From: a virus | Lineage: Duplodnaviria > Caudoviricetes | IMG/VR virus record: IMGVR_UViG_3300037484_000305 | Location: 1-24,859 of that record | Length of the DNA: 24,859 nt | Direction: 5' to 3' (one strand) | Part shown: positions 8,354 through 15,379 of the stretch, piece by piece | Layout of the letters: each line of letters starts with the position of its first letter | How positions within the stretch are numbered: position 1 is the stretch's first letter | Program-made: the position numbers and the translations under genes | Notes under the pieces: generated by a model | The model's input: only the letters and a program-made list of their open reading frames with translations | Told to the model about the DNA's origin: nothing | The model's database searches: none

Positions 8354-9013
8354 TTATACCTTGTCCATCTCGCGTTGAATAGCCGCCGTTATCCCCGGCA
8401 GTCCAGCCTGCACCGTCGCCGTGAACGGGAACCTCGCCGGTATCACCACATCGCGCACCAGCACCGCGATCGGGATCTCCAACGCCAGGCCTTTTTTCTT
8501 CCTGAACTTGCCGCCACGGCGCAGGCGCTCGGCGCGCCGGAACGGCGCCAGGCCTTTCGAGTTGGCGGCGTCCTGCTCGGCAAACAGCAGCACCTTGCCG
8601 TTCACATTGCGAAAGTACGCATTGCCGGCGCGCATCAGATCGTTGACCAGCAGGCCGAAGCGCTTGCGGCCGATGCGTTTTCCCTCCTCTAGCAGCGGGA
8701 TCAGCACCGGGCCCTGGATGTGCGCCCCGAACGCGTGGGCTGCCACCAGTGCCGCACGCGTTCCGATCATGACCGCAGGAAACTCCGTCTGTTTCTTGTC
8801 GAAGACCTTGTGGCTGATGGTCTTCGGAAAACTCCGCTTCCTGACGTTCAGGCTCGAGGCCAGCGCAAAGCGCAGCTTCTCCACCACCTCGCGCGCGCCG
8901 GCGCCTATGCCGCGCGCGAGGCTCGTGCGGATGTCGGCCTTCACCAGACGCTCCCAGGTCTTGAGCTTGTCCGGCTTGAACAGGCCGTCGAGTTCCAGTT
9001 TCATCGAGATCAT
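8354..9013 (-). CDS. Basic virion morphogenesis protein (DUF6441-like / gpZ-like tail completion candidate)
   Basis: 219 aa, very Arg/Lys-rich, AHAFGAHI, VLIPL and IPIAVLVRDVVIPARF motifs; ATGA overlap with the upstream ORF. Confidence 0.6.
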   Translation of the reverse strand: MISMKLELDGLFKPDKLKTWERLVKADIRTSLARGIGAGAREVVEKLRFALASSLNVRKRSFPKTISHKVFDKKQTEFPAVMIGTRAALVAAHAFGAHIQGPVLIPLLEEGKRIGRKRFGLLVNDLMRAGNAYFRNVNGKVLLFAEQDAANSKGLAPFRRAERLRRGGKFRKKKGLALEIPIAVLVRDVVIPARFPFTATVQAGLPGITAAIQREMDKV

Positions 9014-9369
9014 GGCCGTGCCTCCCGCCTGGCCCGCTCCGCGCGCTCTGCCTCGATCTCGGTGACTACTCTTTCAATCACCTCCATCGCCTCGATGTAG
9101 AAGTTCGGTTGTTCGAAGAACCCGCCGGCGAACGGATAGCGACCGCCTTTGTAATGTCGGTACAGGCGCATCATCTGGTGCGATGTGGAGCTGACCACCG
9201 GCAGCGGGCAGGTGCGTGAATGAAAGATCGTCTCGCCGCGGTAGGTGATATGCCACTTCTTGTACGACGCCGCCCTTGATGCATCGCAGTGCCTGCCCCA
9301 GGTGCAGCGGGTACAGTTGAATGGCCGCTGCGTTTCGGCCGCCACGTGGACGGCCAGAATCAGTTTTTT
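9010..9369 (-). CDS. Tail assembly chaperone, -1 frame extension (gpT-like part of a gpGT fusion)
   Basis: Frame is open from the slippery site (KKLILAVHVAAETQRPFNCTRC...) to 9010; no good RBS at the GTG at 9345; ends in PFAGGFFEQPNFYIEAM. Confidence 0.8.
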   Translation of the reverse strand, partial: KKLILAVHVAAETQRPFNCTRCTWGRHCDASRAASYKKWHITYRGETIFHSRTCPLPVVSSTSHQMMRLYRHYKGGRYPFAGGFFEQPNFYIEAMEVIERVVTEIEAERAERARREARP

Positions 9370-9713
9370 CTTTCCGTCTCCTGCATCACCGTGCGCCGGA
9401 AAATCTCTGCCACCAGCTCGTCGGCGATCGCCATCGGCAGCCGGGCGATGTTCTCGTCCGGGTTGCCGGGCTTGAAATCCAGCTTGTCGGCATCCGACCC
9501 GAAGTTCTCCCAGTCCGACAACCCGTGGCGCAGGATCATTTTTGCGCTGCGCCCGCTGATGCGTGTGTTGCCCTCAACGTCACGAAACAGCTCCAGGTCC
9601 ATGCCCTCGACACCGGACAGCGGCCTGATCTTGAACCGTGTCGGGCTGTCATTGCCTTCATCAGACTTGGGCGTGTACCACTCAGGCGTCAACGGATTGA
9701 GCGCTTTCAGCAT
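9360..9713 (-). CDS. Tail assembly chaperone (gpG-like)
   Basis: 117 aa directly after the tail tube gene; FKIRPLS and GLSDWENF motifs; ends at slippery site. Confidence 0.85.
   Translation of the reverse strand: MLKALNPLTPEWYTPKSDEGNDSPTRFKIRPLSGVEGMDLELFRDVEGNTRISGRSAKMILRHGLSDWENFGSDADKLDFKPGNPDENIARLPMAIADELVAEIFRRTVMQETERKN
9363..9369 (-). promoter_or_regulatory. -1 programmed ribosomal frameshift slippery heptamer A AAA AAC
   Basis: Minus strand GAA AGA AAA AAC TGA; X XXY YYZ heptamer in the correct frame immediately before the stop; -1 slip enters the ORF ending at 9010. Confidence 0.85.
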
Positions 9714-9715
9714 GG

Positions 9716-10645
9716 TCAGGTAAAGAGAAAACTTATTTCATCATCACTCGCGCTCTCGCGCGCCTCGAACGCCGCCTCGAATGTGCTGATGCCTTCCTTG
9801 TCAGCAGGCGCCAGGCTGGACCAGGTGAGCGCAGGCATGGTGAGGAGATACCGGTTCCCAGCCACCGTGCCCAGCGTGCCGCAGGTCAGCGCTCCGGTGG
9901 CAACCGTCTGCCACTTGTTGATCCAGTTGTAGGTCGCGACCAGAGTTTGTTCCGGGTCCATGCTGCCAGTCACGTTACGACGGGTGATGCGGATCTCTCC
10001 ATAACCGTCAGCGGCGATAATGGTCCCGGGCTTGGCGACCTCGTTGCCCATGTCGAAGGCGAGCTTGGTGATGACCGCGGCGTATGAATCGACCAGGAAA
10101 GAAGCCATGCCCAGCCACACCGACGGCACAGTGGTGTCGAAGGTCGGCGTTGCCACAGCCACATCGGTGGGCGCGCTGTAGTGCCCGGTGAATGCGAAGG
10201 ACAACTTGCCTGGACCGCCGACCTCGGCTGAAAAGTTCACGTTACCGCGGCATCCTGTCAGGATGCGGCGTATACCGTCCTCGTAGTAGTAGATCGTTAT
10301 CGACTTGAGCGCAGTCGATACCGGCTCGTATTCGACCGATGTGGAAGCGACGATGGTCTCCCCGAACCCGCAGCCGCGCAGCAACACACCGATCTCCGGC
10401 GGCGTGCCGGCGGCGCCGGAACCCTTGACCTCCACGTCGAAGCTTACCGTCATCAGGCTGCCGCCGTACAGGCTCTTCAGCGGCGCGAGGCTGGCCTTGA
10501 CAGGCATGCGCTCGAAGCGCCGTGCGCTGTCCAGGCTCCAGCTCGGGTTCTCCACCAGGATGGCATCCGCCGCCCCGGTGGGCACCGGATCGACGTTATA
10601 GGTGGCCTCGACCTTGGCCAGGATCACGGTCAGTTGCTTGAGCAT
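9716..10645 (-). CDS. Major tail tube protein
   Basis: 309 aa; GGAG RBS; LAKVEATYNVDP, GSGAAGTPP..G.LLRGCG, GCRGNV motifs; position before the chaperones. Confidence 0.88.
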   Translation of the reverse strand: MLKQLTVILAKVEATYNVDPVPTGAADAILVENPSWSLDSARRFERMPVKASLAPLKSLYGGSLMTVSFDVEVKGSGAAGTPPEIGVLLRGCGFGETIVASTSVEYEPVSTALKSITIYYYEDGIRRILTGCRGNVNFSAEVGGPGKLSFAFTGHYSAPTDVAVATPTFDTTVPSVWLGMASFLVDSYAAVITKLAFDMGNEVAKPGTIIAADGYGEIRITRRNVTGSMDPEQTLVATYNWINKWQTVATGALTCGTLGTVAGNRYLLTMPALTWSSLAPADKEGISTFEAAFEARESASDDEISFLFT

Positions 10646-10674
10646 GGTTGTCTCCGGAAAAGATCAGTGCTGCA

Positions 10675-10854
10675 TTAAATATCGTCGTTGCTGCTTTTCT
10701 GGCGCGGCTGGCGCTTGGCCGGCTCTGCCGGTCCGAGGGCTTCCTCGACGAGCGCATCCATCTCCGGCGTGTGTTCCTTGACCGCCTCGCCGTTGACGTG
10801 CGTGACCTTGCGCGTCACCGGGTCGATCACGATCGAATCGCCTGTTCGTGCCAT
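10675..10854 (-). CDS. Small hypothetical protein (59 aa; not in ORF track)
   Basis: ATG 10854 to TAA 10675: MARTGDSIVIDPVTRKVTHVNGEAVKEHTPEMDALVEEALGPAEPAKRQPRQKSSNDDI; GC3-rich codons like its neighbours; fills the gap before the tube gene. Confidence 0.65.
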   Translation of the reverse strand: MARTGDSIVIDPVTRKVTHVNGEAVKEHTPEMDALVEEALGPAEPAKRQPRQKSSNDDI

Positions 10855-10863
10855 GGGGCCCCC

Positions 10864-10998
10864 GTGTTCGTGGTTCGTGGTTCGTGGTTCGTGGTTCGTG
10901 GTTCGTGGTTCGTGGTTCGTGGTTCGTGGTTCGTGGTTCGTGGTTCGTGGTTCGTGGTTCGCTTTTCCGTGTCACGTATAACGTGCCACGTACCACGG
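10864..10998. repeat. Heptamer-repeat hairpin element, copy 1
   Basis: 13 perfect TGGTTCG units (10871-10961), spacer CTTTTC, then four degenerate inverted heptamers CGTGTCA CGTATAA CGTGCCA CGTACCA. Confidence 0.95.
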
Positions 10999-11002
10999 CC
11001 TT

Positions 11003-11458
11003 TTAACCCTGCACCGCCGGGTCCGTGCGCAATGTTCGGTACTGAATATTGAGTTGCAGCCTGATCACCGCGCGATCCGACTCGCCCTCTTCGATGCTGG
11101 TCAGCGTCGCCACGTGCACGAACGTCATGCAGCGCCCGCCCAGGGTGAAATCCGCCTCTAGCGCGACCTCGACTTCGCGCGCCAGTTCGTTCAGTTTCGT
11201 CTCGATGTCCGGATCGTTCAGCACCGCCGGGTCTGACTTCTGGTGCAGCTCGATGAAAGTTTCCAGCCCGCGGCGCTTGAGCGAGGCTACATCGTTCAGC
11301 TCGCTTTGCTCATCGCCCTGGTACACCAGCCCGGCCGGCAGCTCCGTATCCTCCACGGGGAGCTTCCGCCCGCGATAGAAGCGCGAGCCCATGGAAGTAC
11401 CAGCCGCCTGCAGGATGTCGCGCAGGCCTTCGACCAGCGTCTCGCGGTGGTGAGCCAT
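11003..11458 (-). CDS. Tail terminator protein (lambda gpU-like)
   Basis: 151 aa; MAHHRE.L, ELPAGLVY..DE, EVEVALEADFTLGG, .QYRT...DP pattern; position between head closure and tube genes. Confidence 0.75.
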   Translation of the reverse strand: MAHHRETLVEGLRDILQAAGTSMGSRFYRGRKLPVEDTELPAGLVYQGDEQSELNDVASLKRRGLETFIELHQKSDPAVLNDPDIETKLNELAREVEVALEADFTLGGRCMTFVHVATLTSIEEGESDRAVIRLQLNIQYRTLRTDPAVQG

Positions 11459-11459
11459 C

Positions 11460-11768
11460 TCACTTCCTCAGCACGATCCGCGACACACCAGTGCCATCCG
11501 GCTCGATGGTGCCCACCTTGTATGTGACGCTGTTGATCACGACCACATCACCGCGTTTCATGCCGCTGCCCTGCGCCAGTTGATCGTCGCGCGCCAGGCA
11601 CTCCGGCTCGCGCCCTGCCTGGTCAGCCTCGCCCATCGCGAACTCGCGATAGGCGTTATCGAAAATCACCGGGATGGTGAACGGCCCGCCTCCTGCCGCC
11701 GGCGTCCAGACCGCATCGACCGCGAACTCCGCGGTCGAGAAAAACACGCTCAGATCCTCGGTGAACAT
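11460..11768 (-). CDS. Head-tail joining / head closure protein (gpFII-like)
   Basis: 102 aa; FF...EFA, VIFD, RGD.V.IN..TYKV..IEPDGTG.SR..L motifs. Confidence 0.8.
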   Translation of the reverse strand: MFTEDLSVFFSTAEFAVDAVWTPAAGGGPFTIPVIFDNAYREFAMGEADQAGREPECLARDDQLAQGSGMKRGDVVVINSVTYKVGTIEPDGTGVSRIVLRK

Positions 11769-11778
11769 TTAAGGGCAG

Positions 11779-11871
11779 TGGTTCGTGGCTCGTGGCTCGT
11801 GGCTCGTGGCTCGTGGCTCGTGGCTCGTGGCTCGTGGTTCGCTTTTCCGTGTCACGTATCACGTACCACGG
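11779..11871. repeat. Heptamer-repeat hairpin element, copy 2
   Basis: TGGTTCG + 7x TGGCTCG + TGGTTCG (11779-11841), identical spacer CTTTTC, then CGTGTCA CGTATCA CGTACCA; same orientation as copy 1. Confidence 0.95.
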
Positions 11872-11892
11872 CAGTTACGTGTCTTCGCGGCC

Positions 11893-12279
11893 TTAAGCGG
11901 TGTATTTCGGATGAGACAGCAGCGTCACCCCGACCAGAGCGGGGCCGGTGGCGATCGTGCCGACATAGCGAATCCAGCCGCGCACCGAGCCAGCAGGAAT
12001 AGTGCGCTTCTCCTGCAGCGGGTCGTTCGATGTGGTCACCACAGTGAACGCGCCCTCGGTAGGCGTCACGCCAGCAGCTCCAGCACCGGCGCCGTCGGTT
12101 GCGTCCTCAATGGTTGGCGTGATGGTGCCGGTGATGATGCCGATATTCGAGACGATAACCAGGTCGCCTTCGTACTTGCGCACGTCGATCCATGCGCTGG
12201 TCGCGTTGACGGTGGCCGCCGCGCTGAGTGATGCCAGCATGGTCACCGCTTCAGCCGCTTGCCCTTGATGTGACAGCAT
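11893..12279 (-). CDS. Putative capsid decoration/cement protein
   Basis: 128 aa from ATG 12279 (AAGGAGG RBS); beta-rich with IDVRKYEG, TIEDATD, RGWIRYV motifs; located after the capsid gene. Confidence 0.65.
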   Translation of the reverse strand: MLSHQGQAAEAVTMLASLSAAATVNATSAWIDVRKYEGDLVIVSNIGIITGTITPTIEDATDGAGAGAAGVTPTEGAFTVVTTSNDPLQEKRTIPAGSVRGWIRYVGTIATGPALVGVTLLSHPKYTA

Positions 12280-12348
12280 GTCCATCCTCCTTGGCGAGTA
12301 GTACATGAAAAAAGATCTTTCCCCGGCGTCCTCAGTGAAGCCGCCCGG

Positions 12349-12381
12349 AAAAAAGGCCCGGCGCTTGTCAATTGCCGGGCC
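12349..12381 (-). terminator. Rho-independent terminator downstream of the capsid genes
   Basis: 8-bp stem GGCCCGGC/GCCGGGCC, 11-nt loop, followed by TTTTTT on the minus strand. Confidence 0.65.
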
Positions 12382-12413
12382 AGGTAGTGCCCCTTAATGC
12401 GTATCTGGAAAAA

Positions 12414-12644
12414 TTAGACCAGCGCTTTCTGGCCTGGTCTTGCCTCGACCTTCTCCTTCTCATGTTGCGGCTTGTCCTGTGTCTTCACCTCGATCAGTTC
12501 GACCTTGTGGGCCGCCTTCATCTCGAGCGCGAAGATCCGCGGCAGTTCGATGGTTTCGCCGACCTTGGTCGGCTTGCCGTTGAAATAGAACGGGCGCAGC
12601 ACGCGCGCGCTCCGGATCTGCGGCTGTTGTTGTTGCGCTTGCAT
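12414..12644 (-). CDS. Small hypothetical protein following the capsid gene (gpFI-like position)
   Basis: AGGAG RBS before ATG 12644 (alternative start 12701); RVLRPFYFNG....VGETIELP...A.E....KVE pattern with charged tail. Confidence 0.7.
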   Translation of the reverse strand: MQAQQQQPQIRSARVLRPFYFNGKPTKVGETIELPRIFALEMKAAHKVELIEVKTQDKPQHEKEKVEARPGQKALV

Positions 12645-12719
12645 GTCGTTCTCCTGAAAACTGCCGGCGACGAGCGCCGAGCCCGCCGCCGACAGGGCCA
12701 TGAGTAGGCCTTGGTTTGT

Positions 12720-14579
12720 TTAGGTGATGGTGGTCGCGCGCGAGAACGCGAACGGCCGGCGCACGCCCACGTCCAGGCTGTAGATCGCCCGCACGCCGAT
12801 GATGCCGGCCGGGAAATTCGCGAACGGATTGACCTCGACCTCCAGCACCCCCCACTCCGCAATCACCAGCTCCTGCCAGTCGCCGAAGATCATGGTTGCG
12901 GCTGTCGGCTGGTTCGATGACATGGCAGGAATGCCGAACAGCGCACCGTTCCAGAGGTTGCCGGTCCACAGCCGCGTGGTGCCGGTGGTGGGCAGCTCCG
13001 GCCGGATCATCAGCAGTCCCGCGACTGCCGGGGTCGTGACGTAACCTGGTGAACTCGGCATGACGTTTGCCGAAGCCACATCGCTCATGAACTCGATGAT
13101 GCCGGCTGCAGCCAGCGAGGTGCCGGTGACCGACCCGATGCCGGCCGTTTGCGAGATGCCGGTCGGCTGGCCGCCAGCGCCTGAGCCTTCCAGCGCAGCC
13201 AGGTCCACCGCAGTCGCTACCACCTGTGCCAGGTCGTCCGTCACGATGCCTTCCGCCGCAGGTGAACTCTGCAGCAGCAGCTGCCGGCTGATCTCGGTGT
13301 AGGCGCCGACGTTCTTCGGCGTAAGCGCGATCTGCACGAAGGTCTGTTGACTTTCGGTGATGGTGCTCGCCTCGTTCGCGAGCCACACCGCAGTCGCAGC
13401 AGCCGACTGCCGCGGAATGGTGACGCTGCCCTGCAGGCCGGAAAGCCGGCGCGCGCCCAGGCGGAATGCCACTGAGCGGTTACGCAGCATCTCGATGAAT
13501 CCGACATTCTCGGTCTGCACCAGGAAGCCACCAGCGCCGGCGGTGGCCACCGTCAGGTCGCGCTTCTGCTCGACCGGCCGCTCCATCACCTCGAAAGGCA
13601 CGTAGAACTTGTTGGGTGTGGCGACCTGATTGAGTTTCTGCGCGATCGACCGCGAACACTCGGCCTCGAACCCGGCCTTCGTCCAGTCGTGCGACGCGCA
13701 CGCAGCGATCGCCCGCGTGAGGCTGAAGCGCTGGGTATCCCTCATCGTCAGGCCAAGCTTGCTCGCCGGCTGTGGGTTCGACTTGCCGCGCTCCTCGAGG
13801 ATGCGCAGGACATCGTCCGAGACCTGCTCGATCGAATAGCCTTGCCCAATCCAGGCATCGCGGATACCGTCGTCGAATTTGTTCGCCTTGGCGAGATTCT
13901 CGATCGCCCTGCGCCGGCCCTGTTCCAGTTCCAGCGCGGTGACCACCTTCGGCTTGTCATCCACCACAACCACATCGGCGGTGCCGCCCGCCGGGGCGTT
14001 TGCTCCTAGTTCCATTTGGCGCTCCTTGAGTTTGGCGGTTTCCGCCGATTGATGAAGTGGTTCTGCTGCCCTGCCCACGCCCACGCGCTGATCGGCCGGG
14101 ATCGTCACCAGCGACGATTCGAACGGCGTCCAGCGCGTGACCGTGTATTCGTCGTCCTCGTCCTTGCCGGTCTTGGTGAGCTGCATCTCGTCGCGCGAGT
14201 AACCGACCGACACCGAAGTCAGGATCCCGTCCTTGACGTCGTTGAAGACCTCGGTCGCGCGCGCGCTGTTGCCGAAGCGCACCACCGCCCTCCCGACCTT
14301 GTCGCTGTCGATCCTGGCCGATTCGATCACCCCGACCCAGTCCGAAGGGTTGTGATTGACCAGCAGGTTCGCCCGGCCGGAGTTGAAACGCTCCAGGTTC
14401 GCCGCGCCTGATCCGTGCGACAGGATCTCCTTGCCGAACCAGCGATCGACCGTTGCCGCCTCAGAGGAGAACGAGATCTCCACAGTGCGGTCGGCATCCT
14501 TGGCGCTCGCCCGGTTGAACACCCCCTCGCGAAAGTCCGGCTTGGCGAGGATCTCGGCAATGGTGGGCTTCTTGGTCAT
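12720..14579 (-). CDS. Prohead protease - major capsid protein fusion (HK97 fold)
   Basis: 619 aa; GGAGGTGA RBS; N-terminal protease motifs LLVNHN, SVSVGY, ESSLVTIPAD; capsid motifs AGGFLV, IPRQ, W.ANE, LTPK, GSGAGGQPTGI, FGDW. Confidence 0.93.
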   Translation of the reverse strand: MTKKPTIAEILAKPDFREGVFNRASAKDADRTVEISFSSEAATVDRWFGKEILSHGSGAANLERFNSGRANLLVNHNPSDWVGVIESARIDSDKVGRAVVRFGNSARATEVFNDVKDGILTSVSVGYSRDEMQLTKTGKDEDDEYTVTRWTPFESSLVTIPADQRVGVGRAAEPLHQSAETAKLKERQMELGANAPAGGTADVVVVDDKPKVVTALELEQGRRRAIENLAKANKFDDGIRDAWIGQGYSIEQVSDDVLRILEERGKSNPQPASKLGLTMRDTQRFSLTRAIAACASHDWTKAGFEAECSRSIAQKLNQVATPNKFYVPFEVMERPVEQKRDLTVATAGAGGFLVQTENVGFIEMLRNRSVAFRLGARRLSGLQGSVTIPRQSAAATAVWLANEASTITESQQTFVQIALTPKNVGAYTEISRQLLLQSSPAAEGIVTDDLAQVVATAVDLAALEGSGAGGQPTGISQTAGIGSVTGTSLAAAGIIEFMSDVASANVMPSSPGYVTTPAVAGLLMIRPELPTTGTTRLWTGNLWNGALFGIPAMSSNQPTAATMIFGDWQELVIAEWGVLEVEVNPFANFPAGIIGVRAIYSLDVGVRRPFAFSRATTIT

Positions 14580-14594
14580 GGGTCACCTCCAAAT

Positions 14595-14618
14595 AAAAAA
14601 GCCCGCGATGCGGGCTTT
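14595..14618 (-). terminator. Rho-independent terminator between GIY-YIG gene and capsid RBS
   Basis: Minus strand AAAGCCCGC-ATC-GCGGGCTTT continuing as TTTATTT, directly followed by GGAGGTGA. Confidence 0.8.
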
Positions 14619-14640
14619 CAATGGGACACAAACGCGATTC

Positions 14641-15375
14641 TTATTGCGCAGCGATTGAAGCGGGCGGCGGCGCGCTATATCTATGGTGACTGGCTGAGCC
14701 CCCGAAATTCCTCGGTGGGGACAATGCGCCTAAATAGAAACACTCTGCCCACGTCAACTTTTCCCGCTCCATTTCCACATACGATATTTCATCGCCATCG
14801 ATCATCGCGTGATGGTTACCAAGTCTCAGCCTTTTAATCAGGCATATGCTTTGCCCGACGTAAGCAATTTGGCCTTCATTCCACAGAAAATAAATTCCGC
14901 TCCCACTTGGCAATCCGACACCATCTTTGTGCGCCCTAACGGTTGGCGCTGGCGGAGATGGATATTTGTTGTTTGCCTCTGCCGTCGTCTCACAAAACTG
15001 CAAAGCAGTTATACGACTCCGAAGGGCACTAAGCCTTGCCCTCGCTTGCAACAACTCCTTGGCGAGTTGTGTTCGAGCTGACAGCCTTTCAACTTTCATT
15101 TCAGCACGCACGTGTTTCTTTTGGGCGCGCAATTCCTCTTGAAAATTGATGAACCTCGGTGTTATTTGTGCGGCCTCCAGTATTTTGGCGCACCTGTTGC
15201 GAATCACTCTATCGAGGATGCCTTCGTACAGCGACCCCAACCGGCTGGTGCTAAACGGGCGCCTAGGTTCATACGTGGCAACGGCGGCCCATCCTTCGCG
15301 CACCGCATTTTTGAGAATGCTTTCCGCACGTCTTAAATCGGCAGGGGTGATCTTGACCTCACAGCTCTCGCTCAT
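14641..15375 (-). CDS. GIY-YIG nuclease-domain protein (moron)
   Basis: 244 aa from ATG 15375 (GGAGG RBS); C-terminal GIYFL..YVGQS..L.KRL..E..Y...L.PPRN motif; coiled-coil middle; AT-richer than flanks. Confidence 0.8.
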   Translation of the reverse strand: MSESCEVKITPADLRRAESILKNAVREGWAAVATYEPRRPFSTSRLGSLYEGILDRVIRNRCAKILEAAQITPRFINFQEELRAQKKHVRAEMKVERLSARTQLAKELLQARARLSALRSRITALQFCETTAEANNKYPSPPAPTVRAHKDGVGLPSGSGIYFLWNEGQIAYVGQSICLIKRLRLGNHHAMIDGDEISYVEMEREKLTWAECFYLGALSPPRNFGGSASHHRYSAPPPASIAAQ

Positions 15376-15379
15376 AGCC

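Noticed and set aside
10648-11052. ORFs with (VVRGSWF)n or (RTTNHEP)n peptides, and equivalents at 11580-12231
   Set aside because: Translations of stop-free heptamer arrays; antisense to or overlapping real genes.
10864-11871. CRISPR array
   Set aside because: Tandem 7-mers without unique spacers; no cas genes.
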